Source: Callorhinchus milii (lineage: Eukaryota). From it: a stretch of DNA of 64,000 bases. Under the pieces are notes generated by a model that worked only from the letters and a program-made list of their open reading frames with translations, made no database searches and had not been told where the DNA came from. How positions within the stretch are numbered: the first letter of the stretch is position 1; every line of letters starts with the position of its first letter. The stretch is taken from positions 99,884,001 to 99,948,000 of the forward strand of contig NW_024704743.1 in NCBI RefSeq assembly GCF_018977255.1, read 5' to 3'. This document shows positions 12,436 to 24,556 of this stretch, piece after piece. A program made the position numbers and the translations under genes.

Positions 12436-13664
12436 GTGAGTTATATAATTTGAAAAGGCTGAAATGCTCAAGTTTTGACAGTAGTTGAAACTGGAAATTA
12501 CTGATCTTGTTCCCTGAAGTCTTTTGAAATGCACAATCATTAGCAGTGATTTGCCATTTAAAGGAAGCATCTTGGCACAGTTATTGAATGGGGCAGGAAA
12601 ATATTTAAAACGGGATCAATGATGAGTTATATAATGTAAAATGGAAGAGAATGCTGGAGCATGGAAATCTTAAAATGCTTCTTGTATTTGCTTGGTGCAT
12701 TTTCAATGTTAATTATTGCCACGTTTAGTTATTTTAAATGTAAAATAAAATTGTAGAAGTACTTTTTTAAACGGAAATTTGCAGTTTAGACCAACCATAG
12801 ATATGATCATGTGATCATTTATTGACTGTAGATGTTTTTAAAGTTAACTGTATGTTTAAAGTAAAAGGATGTGGGGGAGTGGGGGGCGGATGAGGTAAGT
12901 AGGGTCTCCTTGGAGCTAAACTGGGGCGGAGGGTGCGAGCAATGAGCAGGAGCCCGTTGCCATTCAAGCAGAGTCGCTGGGTGGTGGAGTGGGGAGGTTG
13001 GCGGTCCTAGCTGGACAAGCAGCAGGAAAACTTGTCAGACATTGCTATCAATGGCAAGCTATGCAGTTTTAGCTGAATAGACTCCAGCAGTACCCCAACA
13101 CACACTCTGAAGTCCCCAAGCCTTGGCTCTTGCCAACTTCCGCCTAATGCATTCCAGAATTAGGTACGTAGCATGTATCCCTCCAGGAAGAAAGTGCACA
13201 TTCCATTCCAACAATCTACCTATGGGATTTCCATGTGTAGGTGGGATGCATGGAAATCTCAGCTTGGGTTGGATACTCTTAAGCAGGTGATGGGTTTCCG
13301 CATGTGTTAGACATCTGGCTGACCCCCCAAAAAGTAAAAGGATGTTTATCATACCTGTACAAAATCTCTATTACTGTAGTAAATACTGTAGTCTATTTAT
13401 GAATACCTTTGCTTGAAAACAGGAAAAATCTTGTTTTTGATACTGATTACTTCTGAATATTAAAGTATAGAATACAATTTTTATTTTAGAATGTAAACAT
13501 AGGCTGTTAAAATTAATTGGAAATCTGAATTTAGTGGACATCTCCACTGTCTGATCAACTGGAGAATGAGTGTGAAATACCAATGCAAGTGTAGAGACAT
13601 TTTAAGTGCTCCTTTTATTATTTAAATGAACTTCAGGATGTAATGCTACATTTCTTTTTTCTAG

Positions 13665-13778
13665 GTTAAAACCATTAAAACAGTGCCAATAATCTATGGA
13701 AGCATAGTTCGTTTTCTTCTTTACGGTGACCACGAAGGTGATGTGTTTTCAACTGGAGGAGAAGTTCAGATAGTTGTG
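13665..13778 (+). CDS. SMCHD1: SMCHD1 exon 14
   Basis: ttctag|GTT...GTG|gtaata; 114 nt; [38 protein letters not shown]. Confidence 0.95.
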
Positions 13779-15206
13779 GTAATATATGAATAACAATCTG
13801 ACAGAATTTCATAGTTTAATCATGAAACTACTGTGTATATAAACTTTGTCATTTATTTTAATCCATGATTTAGATAGCAACCAAATGAAAATTTATGCAT
13901 TCAGCCATTAATTCTAAAAAAATACATATTGTAGCTTTTGTTTTCAAACAAATCAGGAAAATGTCATTATTTCTAAACTAGTGACGCCATCAATTAAAAC
14001 CTGTGGACCACCTCTTAATTCCAAAGACTTGGGAGAAAGCCCATGCCTGAAGCTGTAGAGAGAGAATCCTAATAAACAGCCTTTTATGTGGGAGAGAAAA
14101 AAAATTCCTCTGTTTCTCATCTCACTTGAGGCTTGTTATTTTAAACTTATGTCTTACTCAAACTTAGTTCTGCTCTTCTTTGAATAGTCTTTCTATTGTA
14201 CCACTGCCTCGATTTTAAAGGTATTATTGTGTCTCCTTCCCCCCACTAAACATGATTTTCGTTCAGATTTTTAGAATTTAGAGCTTTAAATCCCTGAAGT
14301 ATCCTTACACTCTAAACCTTGCTTTATCCAATGGATCAATATGTTGCCCAAAATAATGTTTTTTTTTCAAAATGTGATCTATACAAGGTTAGAATTTCTT
14401 TCTACTTTCATTCAAATGCCTTCAAAGGACACTAGAAATTGATTCGTTTTAACAACTGCGGCTATTGGTGCATGATAAACAATTCTTCAAATTATTTTCC
14501 TCTCTTCCATTACTAACACACAGCTCTAACAATCATTTTCCTACATTTACCTACTTTAAAAACAATTTGCATTATTGGTCCATGTCTTTTTGAATTTTAT
14601 TTATCTTGAAAATTTTAGGAGGACTGTAAATTAAATGTTGGCAATAATATGAATTTCATTGGCCTAGGTGTTGACATGGCTGTTTTACTGTAGGAGCACA
14701 ACATCTAAGCCAGATCTTGCAAAGGGCTCACTTGATCTTTTTTGGGAGCCGTCACCCTGGCTGACTCTTAGTGTGTGTGTATTTGAGTGTCAGTCATATG
14801 CATGACAGTTTGATGTTTGTTCTCCTGACTGGACCTGTTTAAATAATGATTGTGTAAGCAGAAAAAGGTCTTGGCTCAAAGATGCCTGATGTTTAGGCTC
14901 CACTCCTGATTCAACAGCAACCAATCATGACAAACAGTGTGTATGATATACATACATGGAATAAAAGCCTGGGAACATAAGGAATTTTAAAACATAATGT
15001 TTAGGCTGCATATAACTGACATTCCCAGGGTTGGCACTGCCAATTGATTGTGGTTCATCGTATAGCAGACGACTCAACATGAACCCAACAGAAAAGGGAT
15101 TCAACAGTTTTTCACGACTTTGTAGTGCAGATTTAAACGTAATATGTGGATATGGTGACTAAGTTACTGTGGCTTAGTGAACTATTTACTTTATGTTTCC
15201 ACCTAG

Positions 15207-15313
15207 GAACCCAAAGCCTTATACGATGAAAAGAAAACCATTCCAATTTCTAAACTGGATAGAACTGCAGCTGTTTTTATGATCAAGAAATACATAGAAG
15301 ATGAAATGGCAAG
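15207..15313 (+). CDS. SMCHD1: SMCHD1 exon 15
   Basis: acctag|GAA...AG|gtgctg; 107 nt; [35 protein letters not shown]. Confidence 0.93.
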
Positions 15314-15369
15314 GTGCTGCACATTTATATTTATCGTTTATTATTTGGTATTTGAAAGGAGTCTTTATG

Positions 15370-15675
15370 GCTGTCTTGCCTTTGGGTCAGAAGATGTGGG
15401 TTTAAAGATCCATGTTGGACTTAATCTCATAGTCTAGGCTGATGTGAAATGTTATAGGCACTATAGACCCAAAATTTCATCAGCTCTTAGTCTATTGAAA
15501 TTACATTGTCTTTAAATTTAAATACTTATTAAATTTGTATTCAGATTGATATATGTACATATACGTTTTGCCCACGAAATATAGTGAATTCACTTTACAG
15601 TATATTCTATAAAGCGCTTTGAGACGTCTCGAAGACGTGATAAGGCACTATATCAAATGCACGGATTATTATTTA
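15370..15675 (+). mobile_element. Deu-type SINE remnants: 5' head (~15370-15445) and SINE 3' tail (~15583-15675) abutting the exon 16 acceptor
   Basis: cttgcctttgggtcagaagatgtgggtttaaa...tctaggctga resembles the head of the 46815 copy; tail aagcgctttgagacgtctcgaagacgtgataaggcactatatcaaatgc. Confidence 0.65.
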
Positions 15676-15698
15676 TTCCTGGCATTTGTTTAAAACAG

Positions 15699-15781
15699 GC
15701 TCCCTGACAAACTGTCTGTAACTTGGCCAGAAGGAGATGAACTTAATACAAATGAAACCAGACCAGCAGGGGTACCCATAG
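15699..15781 (+). CDS. SMCHD1: SMCHD1 exon 16
   Basis: aaacag|G CTC...ATA G|gtaagt; 83 nt; [27 protein letters not shown]. Confidence 0.95.
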
Positions 15782-16004
15782 GTAAGTAGAAAAATTCTTG
15801 CAATTTTTTTTATTTCATAACTTCTCCAAGTAAATGTGGTAAAAGTTTGAGCAGCATAGTCACAGATTTACTTCTGTGGTACCCTACATAGTTCACTATA
15901 TTTAATTTTAGATGTTTCAGTGTATCTGATGTATGTGTATGCAAAATTGCTCTATCATAGAATTACATATATTACATATAATTATGTAATGTATAGATAA
16001 TTAT

Positions 16005-16142
16005 TTGGGGAAGACAAGTTTGCAGGGGTATGGGGAGAGAGCGAGAGAGTATGATTGATTTGGATAGCTCTTTTGAAAAAGCCAGCACAGACACAATGGG
16101 CTGAATGGCCTCCTTCTGTGCTGTATAATCCTATGATTCTAT
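16005..16142 (+). mobile_element. CR1 3'-end fragment
   Basis: gggctgaatggcctccttctgtgctgtataatcctatgattcta tail; same family as 48420-48650. Confidence 0.8.
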
Positions 16143-16229
16143 CAATCAGCAACAACAACAACAATATTACATTTGTATAGCGCCTTTCACATTGGGAGGA
16201 CAAGGCACTGGACAGTATACAGCATTTCA

Positions 16230-16985
16230 ATCACATAGAATATACAGCACAGAAACAGGTCATTCGGCCCAACTGGTCTATGCTGCCGTTTATGCTCCAC
16301 ATGAGCCTCCTCCTGCTCTTCCTCAACTAAGCCTATCAGCATAACCTTCTATTCCTTTCTCCCTCATGTACTTATCTAGCTTCCCCTTCATCAATGCATC
16401 AATGCTATTTGCCTCAACTACTCCTTGTGGAAGCAAGTTCCACATTCCCACCACTCTCTGGGTAAAGAAGTTTCTTCTGATTTCCCTATTTGATTTATTG
16501 GCGACTATTCTATATTGATAGAATAGCCCCTGGCCCCTGGTTTTGGTTTCCCCCACAAGTGGAAACATCTTCTCTATGTCTAACCTATCAAAACCTTTCA
16601 TAATTTTAAAGATCTCTATCAGGTCACCCCCTCACCCTTCCCTTTTCAAGAGAAAAGAGTCCAAGCTTGTTCAGCCTTTCCTGGCAGGTGTAACCTTGCA
16701 GTTCCAGTCTTATTCTTGTAAATTTCCTTTGCACCTTTTCCGGTGCCTCTATATCCTTTGTATAATATGGGGACAAAACTGTACACAGTACTCCCAAGTC
16801 TGGTCTAACCAAGTTCGATATAAGGTTAGCATAAGTTCCCTGCTTTTCATTTCTATCCCTCTAGGAATGCACACCAATGCTTGGCTTGCTTTTTATGGCT
16901 TTATTAACCTGCATCGCTACTTCTAACGATTTGTATATCTGTACCCCCTACGTCCCTTTGCTCCTCTAGCCCATTTATATTCTTA
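16230..16985 (-). mobile_element. CR1 3' fragment, preceded by an L2-like tail fragment at ~16150-16230
   Basis: Minus ORFs MKGFDRLDIEKMFPLVGETKTRG...RRNFFTQRVVGMWNLLP; catagaa tail. Confidence 0.85.
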
Positions 16986-17104
16986 TTCTTATATCAGAAC
17001 ACTATTGTGCAATTCCTTAAGAGAACTGGCTACATTGGAACTGACCGATATATCTACTCGTTTAAAATTTTCTATCTCACTTTACAAATACTTTTTACTT
17101 GCAG

Positions 17105-17218
17105 GTGCAATGAGGATAGAAATTTTAAATAAAAGGGGTGACACTATGCAAAAACTTCCAGGAACAGTCCAGGGTGGATCTAAAAAGCTGCTGGTTGAAC
17201 TGAAAGTCATCTGGCACT
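17105..17218 (+). CDS. SMCHD1: SMCHD1 exon 17
   Basis: ttgcag|GT...CAC T|gtaagt; 114 nt; [37 protein letters not shown]. Confidence 0.95.
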
Positions 17219-18079
17219 GTAAGTATGACACAATGATTGAAAGCTTGACACTGGGTTTCCTTGGATTATTACAATTTTGCATGTAATTAGTTTCAGATTT
17301 TATAATTGTGAATGACTGTACACCCTGGTTTCCTCAAACTACTAAAATCAATGATACTCACTATATTTAAACATTTTGTTTTATTCTGTACACGACTCAC
17401 AAATTGTTCCCCTGTGAGGAACACAATATCAATGCAAGTTGTTTGAATTTTTTTTGAAAATTGTGTAGAAGTATGAATTTCACTATGGAATATCAACTGA
17501 TTGAGCAAGTATATTCTGTGGGAAATGCAAGTCAACTTCATTTTCCTTGAATTGTTCAAATCATTCTTGCCAATTCTTTCAACCTCTTGATTCAAATAGA
17601 AGTTATATTATTTACCCAGTGGCATCATCTCTAATATTCCTTAAAGAAATTTAACATAATGAGTCCATTGTCTAAAGTGACCCCTAATTCAGCAATACAT
17701 TTCTTCTCAGAAGGCACAGTTTGGCTACCCTTGTATTGCTTATCCGTGCTTACTGTCTACCTTTGGTAGCAATGTTACTCGGAAAACCTGTGCTATTTAG
17801 ATTTGTGAAAAGTAGCAGAAAAATATCCTTCATTTGGCTGACATTTTGCTCAGAATGGCATTTAGTTGCCAGACGGAAGTAATGCAATGCTTCTCCTTCA
17901 ATATCCATAGGGTAATGCATCTAAATTATATAGAGCATCAACTTTATTTCAACAGTGGAAAAGGCCATCTTTTACTCAAGTTACACATTATGAAATTGTG
18001 CAATAATATTGCTAAGGTCAGTAATTAAGCTTCTGTTACTTTTATAGATGAGGTGACAGATTTTGTTATTGTATTATAG

Positions 18080-18157
18080 CTTCCACCGGTGACAAGGAAA
18101 TAGTTTCTCACATCAGTCAGCATGGTGGTAAATGGCCATACTGGTTCAAAAAGATGG
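18080..18157 (+). CDS. SMCHD1: SMCHD1 exon 18
   Basis: ttatag|CT...ATG G|gtgagt; 78 nt; [25 protein letters not shown]. Confidence 0.95.
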
Positions 18158-18241
18158 GTGAGTATTCTTAAGACATTTTCAATAAATGTTCAACATTTCA
18201 ATATAGTATATTTATTCAAGGAATATTCTTCGATTTTTCAG

Positions 18242-18361
18242 AAAATATCAATAAACTTGGAAACTATATGCTGAAACTGCAAGTGGTGTTGAATGAAAGT
18301 AATGCAGACAAATATGCAGAAAGGCCACTACCAAATAGGATTTTCAAATTCACTGTCACAG
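18242..18361 (+). CDS. SMCHD1: SMCHD1 exon 19
   Basis: ttttcag|AA...ACA G|gtaaag; 120 nt; [39 protein letters not shown]. Confidence 0.95.
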
Positions 18362-18471
18362 GTAAAGAAATTCCATTGTTTCATTTGAAACCATACATCA
18401 TCGCTTTTTGTTTAATTAGGTTATACTGTACGATGGAGTTAATGCTTAATCTTTTTTCTTGTTTTTGTAAG

Positions 18472-18616
18472 AGGGCAAACCTGATAAATTTACAGTCGGA
18501 TTGCTGGATCCTCCGTTTCGGATTGGAGTTCCTTTCAACATTCCTCTGGACTTGCAAGATGAATTTGGGCATTCCACAAAAATGTCTTTTGGTATCAAGC
18601 CAATTCTGGAGGCAAG
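18472..18616 (+). CDS. SMCHD1: SMCHD1 exon 20
   Basis: ttgtaag|AG...AG|gtatta; 145 nt; [47 protein letters not shown]. Confidence 0.93.
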
Positions 18617-19156
18617 GTATTATAAATATCAGAAATGTACAATTTAAATGGTATTATGAATACATTTCAATTCAGTAACCATATTGCTTCTCTAGTTAGT
18701 TTGTTCCCTTCTTCAAGTGTCTGAATTTCTGTACCATTTTGGTGTAGAAGAAAATTGGAAGGCTTAGAAGGAATTCCTTTACTCAAAAGAGTTTGAAATT
18801 CATTATTAGAAGTTTCCCGTGAGGCTATTGATAGAATCTTTCAAAAGGGAATTGGAATAAGCAGCTGAGCAGTAAACATTTAGTGATATCGGGAGAGAGA
18901 TGAAAAGTGAGATTAATAAAAGAAGATTCAGAAAAATAGGTAACAGTTGCACAGACGTGATGTGCTGAATGGTCCCTTCTGTTCAGATCGTTTCTGTTCT
19001 GAAAAGTACATAATATAGAAATGTTATATTTAAAGCATATGTAGTAATTACCATCATTGTATTTACCTAACTAAACAACTGTAAAACTAGCCACCATTCT
19101 CCCTGTAGATTTACGCTTACTGTAATCTATATAATGTTAGTTGGATAGAGCTGAAG

Positions 19157-19840
19157 TATATACTAATAAAGACTAAATGGCTGTCTGTGTGTCTGTCTGT
19201 CTGTCCGCTAAGAACGCAATAACCAATTGACATAGAGCCCAATTGACGTATACCTCATTGGAATGGTCTTACATGGACATATATGTTTTTGGAGATCTCC
19301 TATCATTCATGAACTATGTTAAAAAGTGTTTTAATTATACCCCAAAATATGAGGTATGCATAGTATTCTGCATCAAAGTAGTGACAGGAAGTCACACACC
19401 CTTCTAGAGAGATACATCGAGAGAGGGAAAGAAGGGATTGGTGGAAAAATTCAATGCTACATTTTTTAAATTAAATCTCTCCCCCTCCCCCCAAAAAATA
19501 TGCTGAGTCCCTCAATCTCTCGAGGGTAAGGGTGAGAGAGGGTTTTTTGGGGAGGGATTGGGGAGAGAGGAATTGTTATATGAGTGAGTGTTTCGGGAGG
19601 GAGGAGAGAGGGTTAACGTAAAGCCTGAGGCCTGCTCAGACTGACTACGTACCAGGAGCTGAGAGAGAGATCCCAGCACAGCTCACACAACGCACGTTTG
19701 TCCGCCAACAACCGATTGACGTTATATTATCTCATTTATACCTCAATAATTTATATCTCATCGTAAAGATCTTGCTTGGGGAAGTGTCATGGGCATATTT
19801 TTGGGGGAGGATCTCCCATCGTTGATGAGCTATGGCCTAA
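19157..19840 (+). mobile_element. Probable non-autonomous Helitron-like remnant (3' end not identified)
   Basis: tatatactaataaa (one change from TCTATACTAATAAA) followed by a (GTCT)n tract; diverged internal duplication ~19242-19318 vs ~19715-19835. Confidence 0.45.
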
Positions 19841-20140
19841 ACAAGCTCATCACACATGTATGGCAGTTTTGCTTAAGGTGTACACACCGTGTTTATGGAA
19901 TGTTAAATGGTTTGTGAGTTGCACTGAAATCTACATTCCATATTGGACCTTTGATTGCAAGCTGCAATGGGTACAGATAGTTGGTTATAAAAATTGTTCA
20001 ATGTCAACTCTTAAATTTTCTCTTTTTGATCTAGTAAGCATATACTTTACCATCAAGAACAACTTAAATGTTGCAGTGATTGCTACAAACGTTTGTGTAT
20101 AAGGTGACAATTTCTTTATATTAAAAAATATATCTTGCAG

Positions 20141-20240
20141 TGGATTGGAGCTGCGAAATGAAGGCTTTATGTCAAAAGGGTCCACCTACATTATTAAAGG
20201 TGCAACAGCCAAGGGCCATGTGAACAATTGCCAAGGCAAG
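20141..20240 (+). CDS. SMCHD1: SMCHD1 exon 21
   Basis: ttgcag|T GGA...AAG|gtatgt; 100 nt; GLELRNEGFMSKGSTYIIKGATAKGHVNNCQGK. Confidence 0.93.
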
Positions 20241-20548
20241 GTATGTTGAATTAATGAAACCACTAAAATTGGTCTTATTTTTGTTCAATATAATAATAAT
20301 ACATGCATGTGATTATAGTACTTTTCACGCCTTCTGAACGTCTCAAAGTGCTTCAAATATATATTTATTATATTGCAAATAGAACACTGAATGTTGGTAA
20401 GAGTAGTCCAAATTTATAATTTTTAAATGTACTGTTGATTGTCTTTATTACCACTGAAAGTGAGTAAATGCTACTCAACAATTTCAGTAAACTGCTATCT
20501 GTATTATGAACATATTATCCTGTTTATCGTTGTATTATTGTTTTACAG

Positions 20549-20621
20549 AACTTTAGTCTTAAAGTAATTTTGCCTGGATTGAAAGAAGATTCGCAAACAT
20601 TAAAAATTAGGCTTTTGCCTG
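20549..20621 (+). CDS. SMCHD1: SMCHD1 exon 22
   Basis: ttacag|AAC...CCT G|gtaagt; 73 nt; [24 protein letters not shown]. Confidence 0.95.
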
Positions 20622-20835
20622 GTAAGTTTTTCAATACTTATAGTGACTTAAAATAATCCTTACATGTCTATCAAACTGTTCTGGAATATAAATGGATTAT
20701 AAAAATAATAGTTGAGAATCATTCTGATGTGAATGATTGAATAGTTTTTAAATCTTCTGGGGGAACATAGCTCAAATTGGAAGGAGTTATTCATTGCTGC
20801 TTCAGACCTATAAACCTAATAACTGTTCATTACAG

Positions 20836-20975
20836 GGCCACCTCGTGAGCTCAGGGTACACCCTAGTTCTAGCAAAGTAGTCATTGAAAATGGCACAGTC
20901 TTTCCTTTCCAAATTGATGTGTTGGATCAAGCAAAAAATATTACAGCACAGCCAAAGTTGGTGATTCATTGTAAG
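20836..20975 (+). CDS. SMCHD1: SMCHD1 exon 23
   Basis: ttacag|GG...AAG|gtatgt; 140 nt; [46 protein letters not shown]. Confidence 0.95.
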
Positions 20976-21167
20976 GTATGTTAGTTTAAATTTGAAGAGT
21001 TATTTTTAACTTTTGATTTGCTACTTTTGTTCGCTTTTCCTCACTCCTCTAATGGCCTTCAATTTTATATCTGCCGAAGTCCCTATTTAAATTTCCTGTT
21101 AAATCCACTTACATTTCTCTGCACTAGTCATATTAACAATTCTCAACTTGTAACACCGATACCGAAC

Positions 21168-21557
21168 TTGCCGGCTGTCGGTCAAAACTTTGTTTCCCGT
21201 GCCTACCTCAAATGGAAGACCGCACATTTGCACCCCGACGCTCTTCATGCCTTCCCTCTCAGGTGTGTAACTTCAACGTCATAGTGAAAGTCAGCGGGGA
21301 GACAGGAAAGAGCATTACCTGATCACATTGGAGGGGGTAAGGAATCTCTGATCACATGGAGAGTGAAGAGGACCCTTCACCACATACGCACTTGTCAGCT
21401 TTGAAGCAGTATACGCAGTGCTCCAAGCGAGACAATCGCGGAACCTAGCTCCTTACCCATCCTGCGCACTTGCCGGCTGCAATGCCGAAGGACCTCACAA
21501 ACAGTACAGAACAATGAACAAGTACGAAAGGCGAGGTTTTGGCCAGACATCAGGCAA
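21168..21557. mobile_element. MITE-like element with imperfect ~34-bp terminal inverted repeats
   Basis: ttgccggctgtcggtcaaaactttgtttcccgt ... acgaaaggcgaggttttggccagacatcaggcaa; CpG-rich relative to its flanks. Confidence 0.55.
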
Positions 21558-21954
21558 CTAAACACAAATTAGTGACAAGGACCTATCAGGAGAAGTACCA
21601 AATTCTCCCAATTTTGCAAGGCAAATCATGAAATGAAAAAGGACATTGCCTCCAAATTTGATTTGAAGCCACAGACTTTGAATGGTTACCTCTAGAACAA
21701 GAAGAACATTAATTATGCCACTGAAACATGCTTGATTGTACCATTCATTGTATAGTACATGTTTTCTGCACACTGCAGTACTGTATATGGAAAGATTGAG
21801 CTACCATAGCTTTACTATGCATGGGTTAAACATGGTACATAAACCTTGCCTTAATGTCACCAGCCAGTTCAGAACATGTGGTGTATTCGTTATGTGTAAG
21901 TCATATGAAATCCGACTTACACATAACTTTACATAAGTCATATATGATCCAATA

Positions 21955-22470
21955 CAAAATTACATTTGTAAAGTGCCTTTCATGACGGGAGGACATCCCA
22001 AGGCGCTGAACAGTCAGGGATTAGGAACCGAGTGGTGGGGTAGAGGACAGAGGTTAGGAAGGTGACAGAAGGCATGGTAGAAGAGGAGGGTCTTGAGGTG
22101 AGGTGTGCCTTGAAGGAGGCAAAGGAGGGAGCAAGGCAAAGCGATTGTGGGATGGAGTTCCAGAGGGTGGGGGCAGAGAGGCTGCAGGATCGACCACTGA
22201 TGGTGGGGCGGGCCAGGCAGGGCACTTGGAAAAGGTCGGAGTCTGCTGAGCGGAGGGAGTGGACGGGTTGAAAAAGGTTTAGCAGGTAGGAGGGGGCAAT
22301 GCCGTGGAGGGCCTTGAAGGTGAGGACAAGGATTTTGAGCTCGATCCTCTGAGGGATGGGGAACCAGTGGAGCCATGCAAGGGTGGGTGTGATGGCATCA
22401 TGGAGCCTGATGCGGGAGAGGACACGAGCAGCAGAGTTCTGGGTGATCTGCAGGCCAGTGTATGGTGATA
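21955..22470 (-). mobile_element. L2-clade LINE, 3' fragment
   Basis: Minus [54 protein letters not shown]; tail rc catgacgggaggacatcccaaggcgctg. Confidence 0.88.
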
Positions 22471-22994
22471 GGACTTGTGCAAGTTTGACATAACTCATAC
22501 TTTGCATAAGTCATATTAAATATATGGTCCCAACTGATACAACTTATGTCAGGTTTACTGTACTTGCTACATTAGTGGTTGTTCTTTTTAATTAATTGGA
22601 ATAAAGGAAATTGAGAAGTCATGCAATTGAAATCCTGTGACATTATTTAATCGTTAATTTGGATGCATTGTACAAGTGGAAACCGTTTAAGTATTGTTTG
22701 TTGTTAAATGCTGCAATCCTATTCAAGACAACTTTCAGTTTTTCAAGAAAAATTAATTACAGTAAAGAAGCAATTATACTAATTGGGACCAGCCACATTG
22801 TTGATATGCGAACAATGTGGATAATTGATCAGGCAAAATACAAATGGGCTATAGTGCTATCCAAACAATTCTTCCAACAAGAGTTATGCTGTTCGTATAA
22901 TTCCACATTCTGTTGGTCTATTTTCTATTTTTCTCAATCTCCCGCCTTTGTTCTTATTTTGTTTCTCATGTAATTGTACATTATTTTCTTGCAG

Positions 22995-23129
22995 TTTCTG
23001 GGTGCACCAAACCTGCCTGTTTATACAGTGGACTGCAGCAACACTGGTACAGGAATCTTAACTGGCCCCGTGATACACGTACAGAATATTAAGAAGGACC
23101 AAACATTGAGAGCGAGGTTTGAGATTCCG
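22995..23129 (+). CDS. SMCHD1: SMCHD1 exon 24
   Basis: ttgcag|TTT...CCG|gtaata; 135 nt; [45 protein letters not shown]. Confidence 0.95.
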
Positions 23130-23247
23130 GTAATAAAATATTTTGTCTAAAGACTCTTTAGAAACTACAACAACTACTTGCATTTATTATAGTGCTCTTT
23201 AAGCTGGGCAGAGTCTCAGAGCGCTTAAAATCATTTGGTTCAAACTG

Positions 23248-23722
23248 CAGTCAAACTTCTTAAAGCAACCACCTCTATTCAGCAACCATCTGATGTCAAC
23301 AATCACCCTAGCACAGTCCGGACAGATTTTCCATAATAAACAACCTTTATTCAGAAACCACTTGTCTAACGCAGCCAGTGGACATTCTTTTTTAGCCCAG
23401 TCGGTATACAGACACCCTTTTTAGCAGCTAGTTCCAGTCCGATGGGCTGCTCAGTGTGGTGTTGGCCCATGCTAGGACTTCAGTGGGAGTCTACACGTGG
23501 GGTCCCTATGAAAGTTTTGGCCCATGGAAGCAGTAACGATTTGGATTTTGTAATTGATTTATTACTATATTAAAACTAGTTTGATTTAGGAGTTTGCATG
23601 CACTGAATTTTTCTATACACTTACAAATTCTACACAACAACAAACCCTTACTCAGTGGCCACCCTAATTTATAGGCCACTTTGGTCCACTCCCATAAGCA
23701 GTGGTGAAAACAGGTTTGACTG
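23248..23722. mobile_element. Tc1/mariner (Tigger/pogo-like) non-autonomous DNA transposon
   Basis: TIRs CAGTCAAAC (23248-23256) and GTTTGACTG (23714-23722); TA on the right flank, TG (probably mutated TA) on the left. Confidence 0.7.
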
Positions 23723-23841
23723 TATAAGATTGTGGATTGTATTTAAGTGGTTGTGATCTCTTTTATAGGACTTTGAACGGTAAACTGGAAATAGTTTTGC
23801 AAAACTATTGCAAAAAGTAGTTTTGCTGGCTACTTTATTGG

Positions 23842-23943
23842 AAATTGTGTACAACAAGTGATTTGGCCTAACTGGTTGTTAAATAAAGGATAAATAAAGA
23901 ACATTAAATTGTATACAACAAGTGATTTGGCCTAACTGGTTGT
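23842..23943 (+). repeat. 38-nt direct repeat, two copies, one mismatch
   Basis: aaattgtRtacaacaagtgatttggcctaactggttgt at 23842-23879 and 23906-23943. Confidence 0.9.
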
Positions 23944-24106
23944 AGTGGTGTTTATATTTCATTCCTTCCTAAACCAAGTTCCTTTCATATTTATGCCCCT
24001 CCCTGCATCTTGGACTCAACAAGTGGAAACAACCTATTAATTCCCATCTTATCAACTCTTTTTCTTATCTTACAAACCTTTAAATTTATATCTGTTTATC
24101 CCATAG

Positions 24107-24334
24107 AGCTGTAAAGATGTGTCACCAGTGGAGAAGATAATCAAATTGCTTCCTAGCACTCATGTAGCCAAACTCCAGATCTTTGTCCAGGATGGAGTGA
24201 AAGCTGTTCCCATCAAACATCAGGAGGAAATCAACTGGATTGCTGCTGACATCATTCACCATCTTATCTTTCGAATGTATGATGAGGGTGACCGGAAAAT
24301 TGTAATAACTACAGCACTGGCTGAGAAAATCAAG
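24107..24334 (+). CDS. SMCHD1: SMCHD1 exon 25
   Basis: ccatag|AGC...AAG|gtagct; 228 nt; [26 protein letters not shown]...[19 protein letters not shown]. Confidence 0.95.
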
Positions 24335-24556
24335 GTAGCTTATATGGTTTTTTGTTAAATTCCAAAATTGATTGGAAAATTATGATTTTATTCTTGTGGG
24401 TTTATTATTCCCACAAAGTTTGCTAAATTAAAATTCCACCAAAGTCATTGTTTTTTTACAGTAAAATAAGCCAAAATTTCATACGGGTTTTGTTGAACCC
24501 CTTTTTTCCTAACATTTCAGAAAACAAAATAGACTATTTAGAATTTTTTATTTTAG

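Noticed and set aside
18268..18678. 136-aa ORF spanning exons 19-20, suggesting coding intron retention
   Set aside because: The 110-nt intron shifts the frame, so exon 20 is read out of frame; the spliced model restores the SMCHD1 sequence.
23842..23943. Repeat-spacer-repeat resembling a minimal CRISPR array
   Set aside because: Only two units, a low-complexity spacer, vertebrate intron context and no cas genes.
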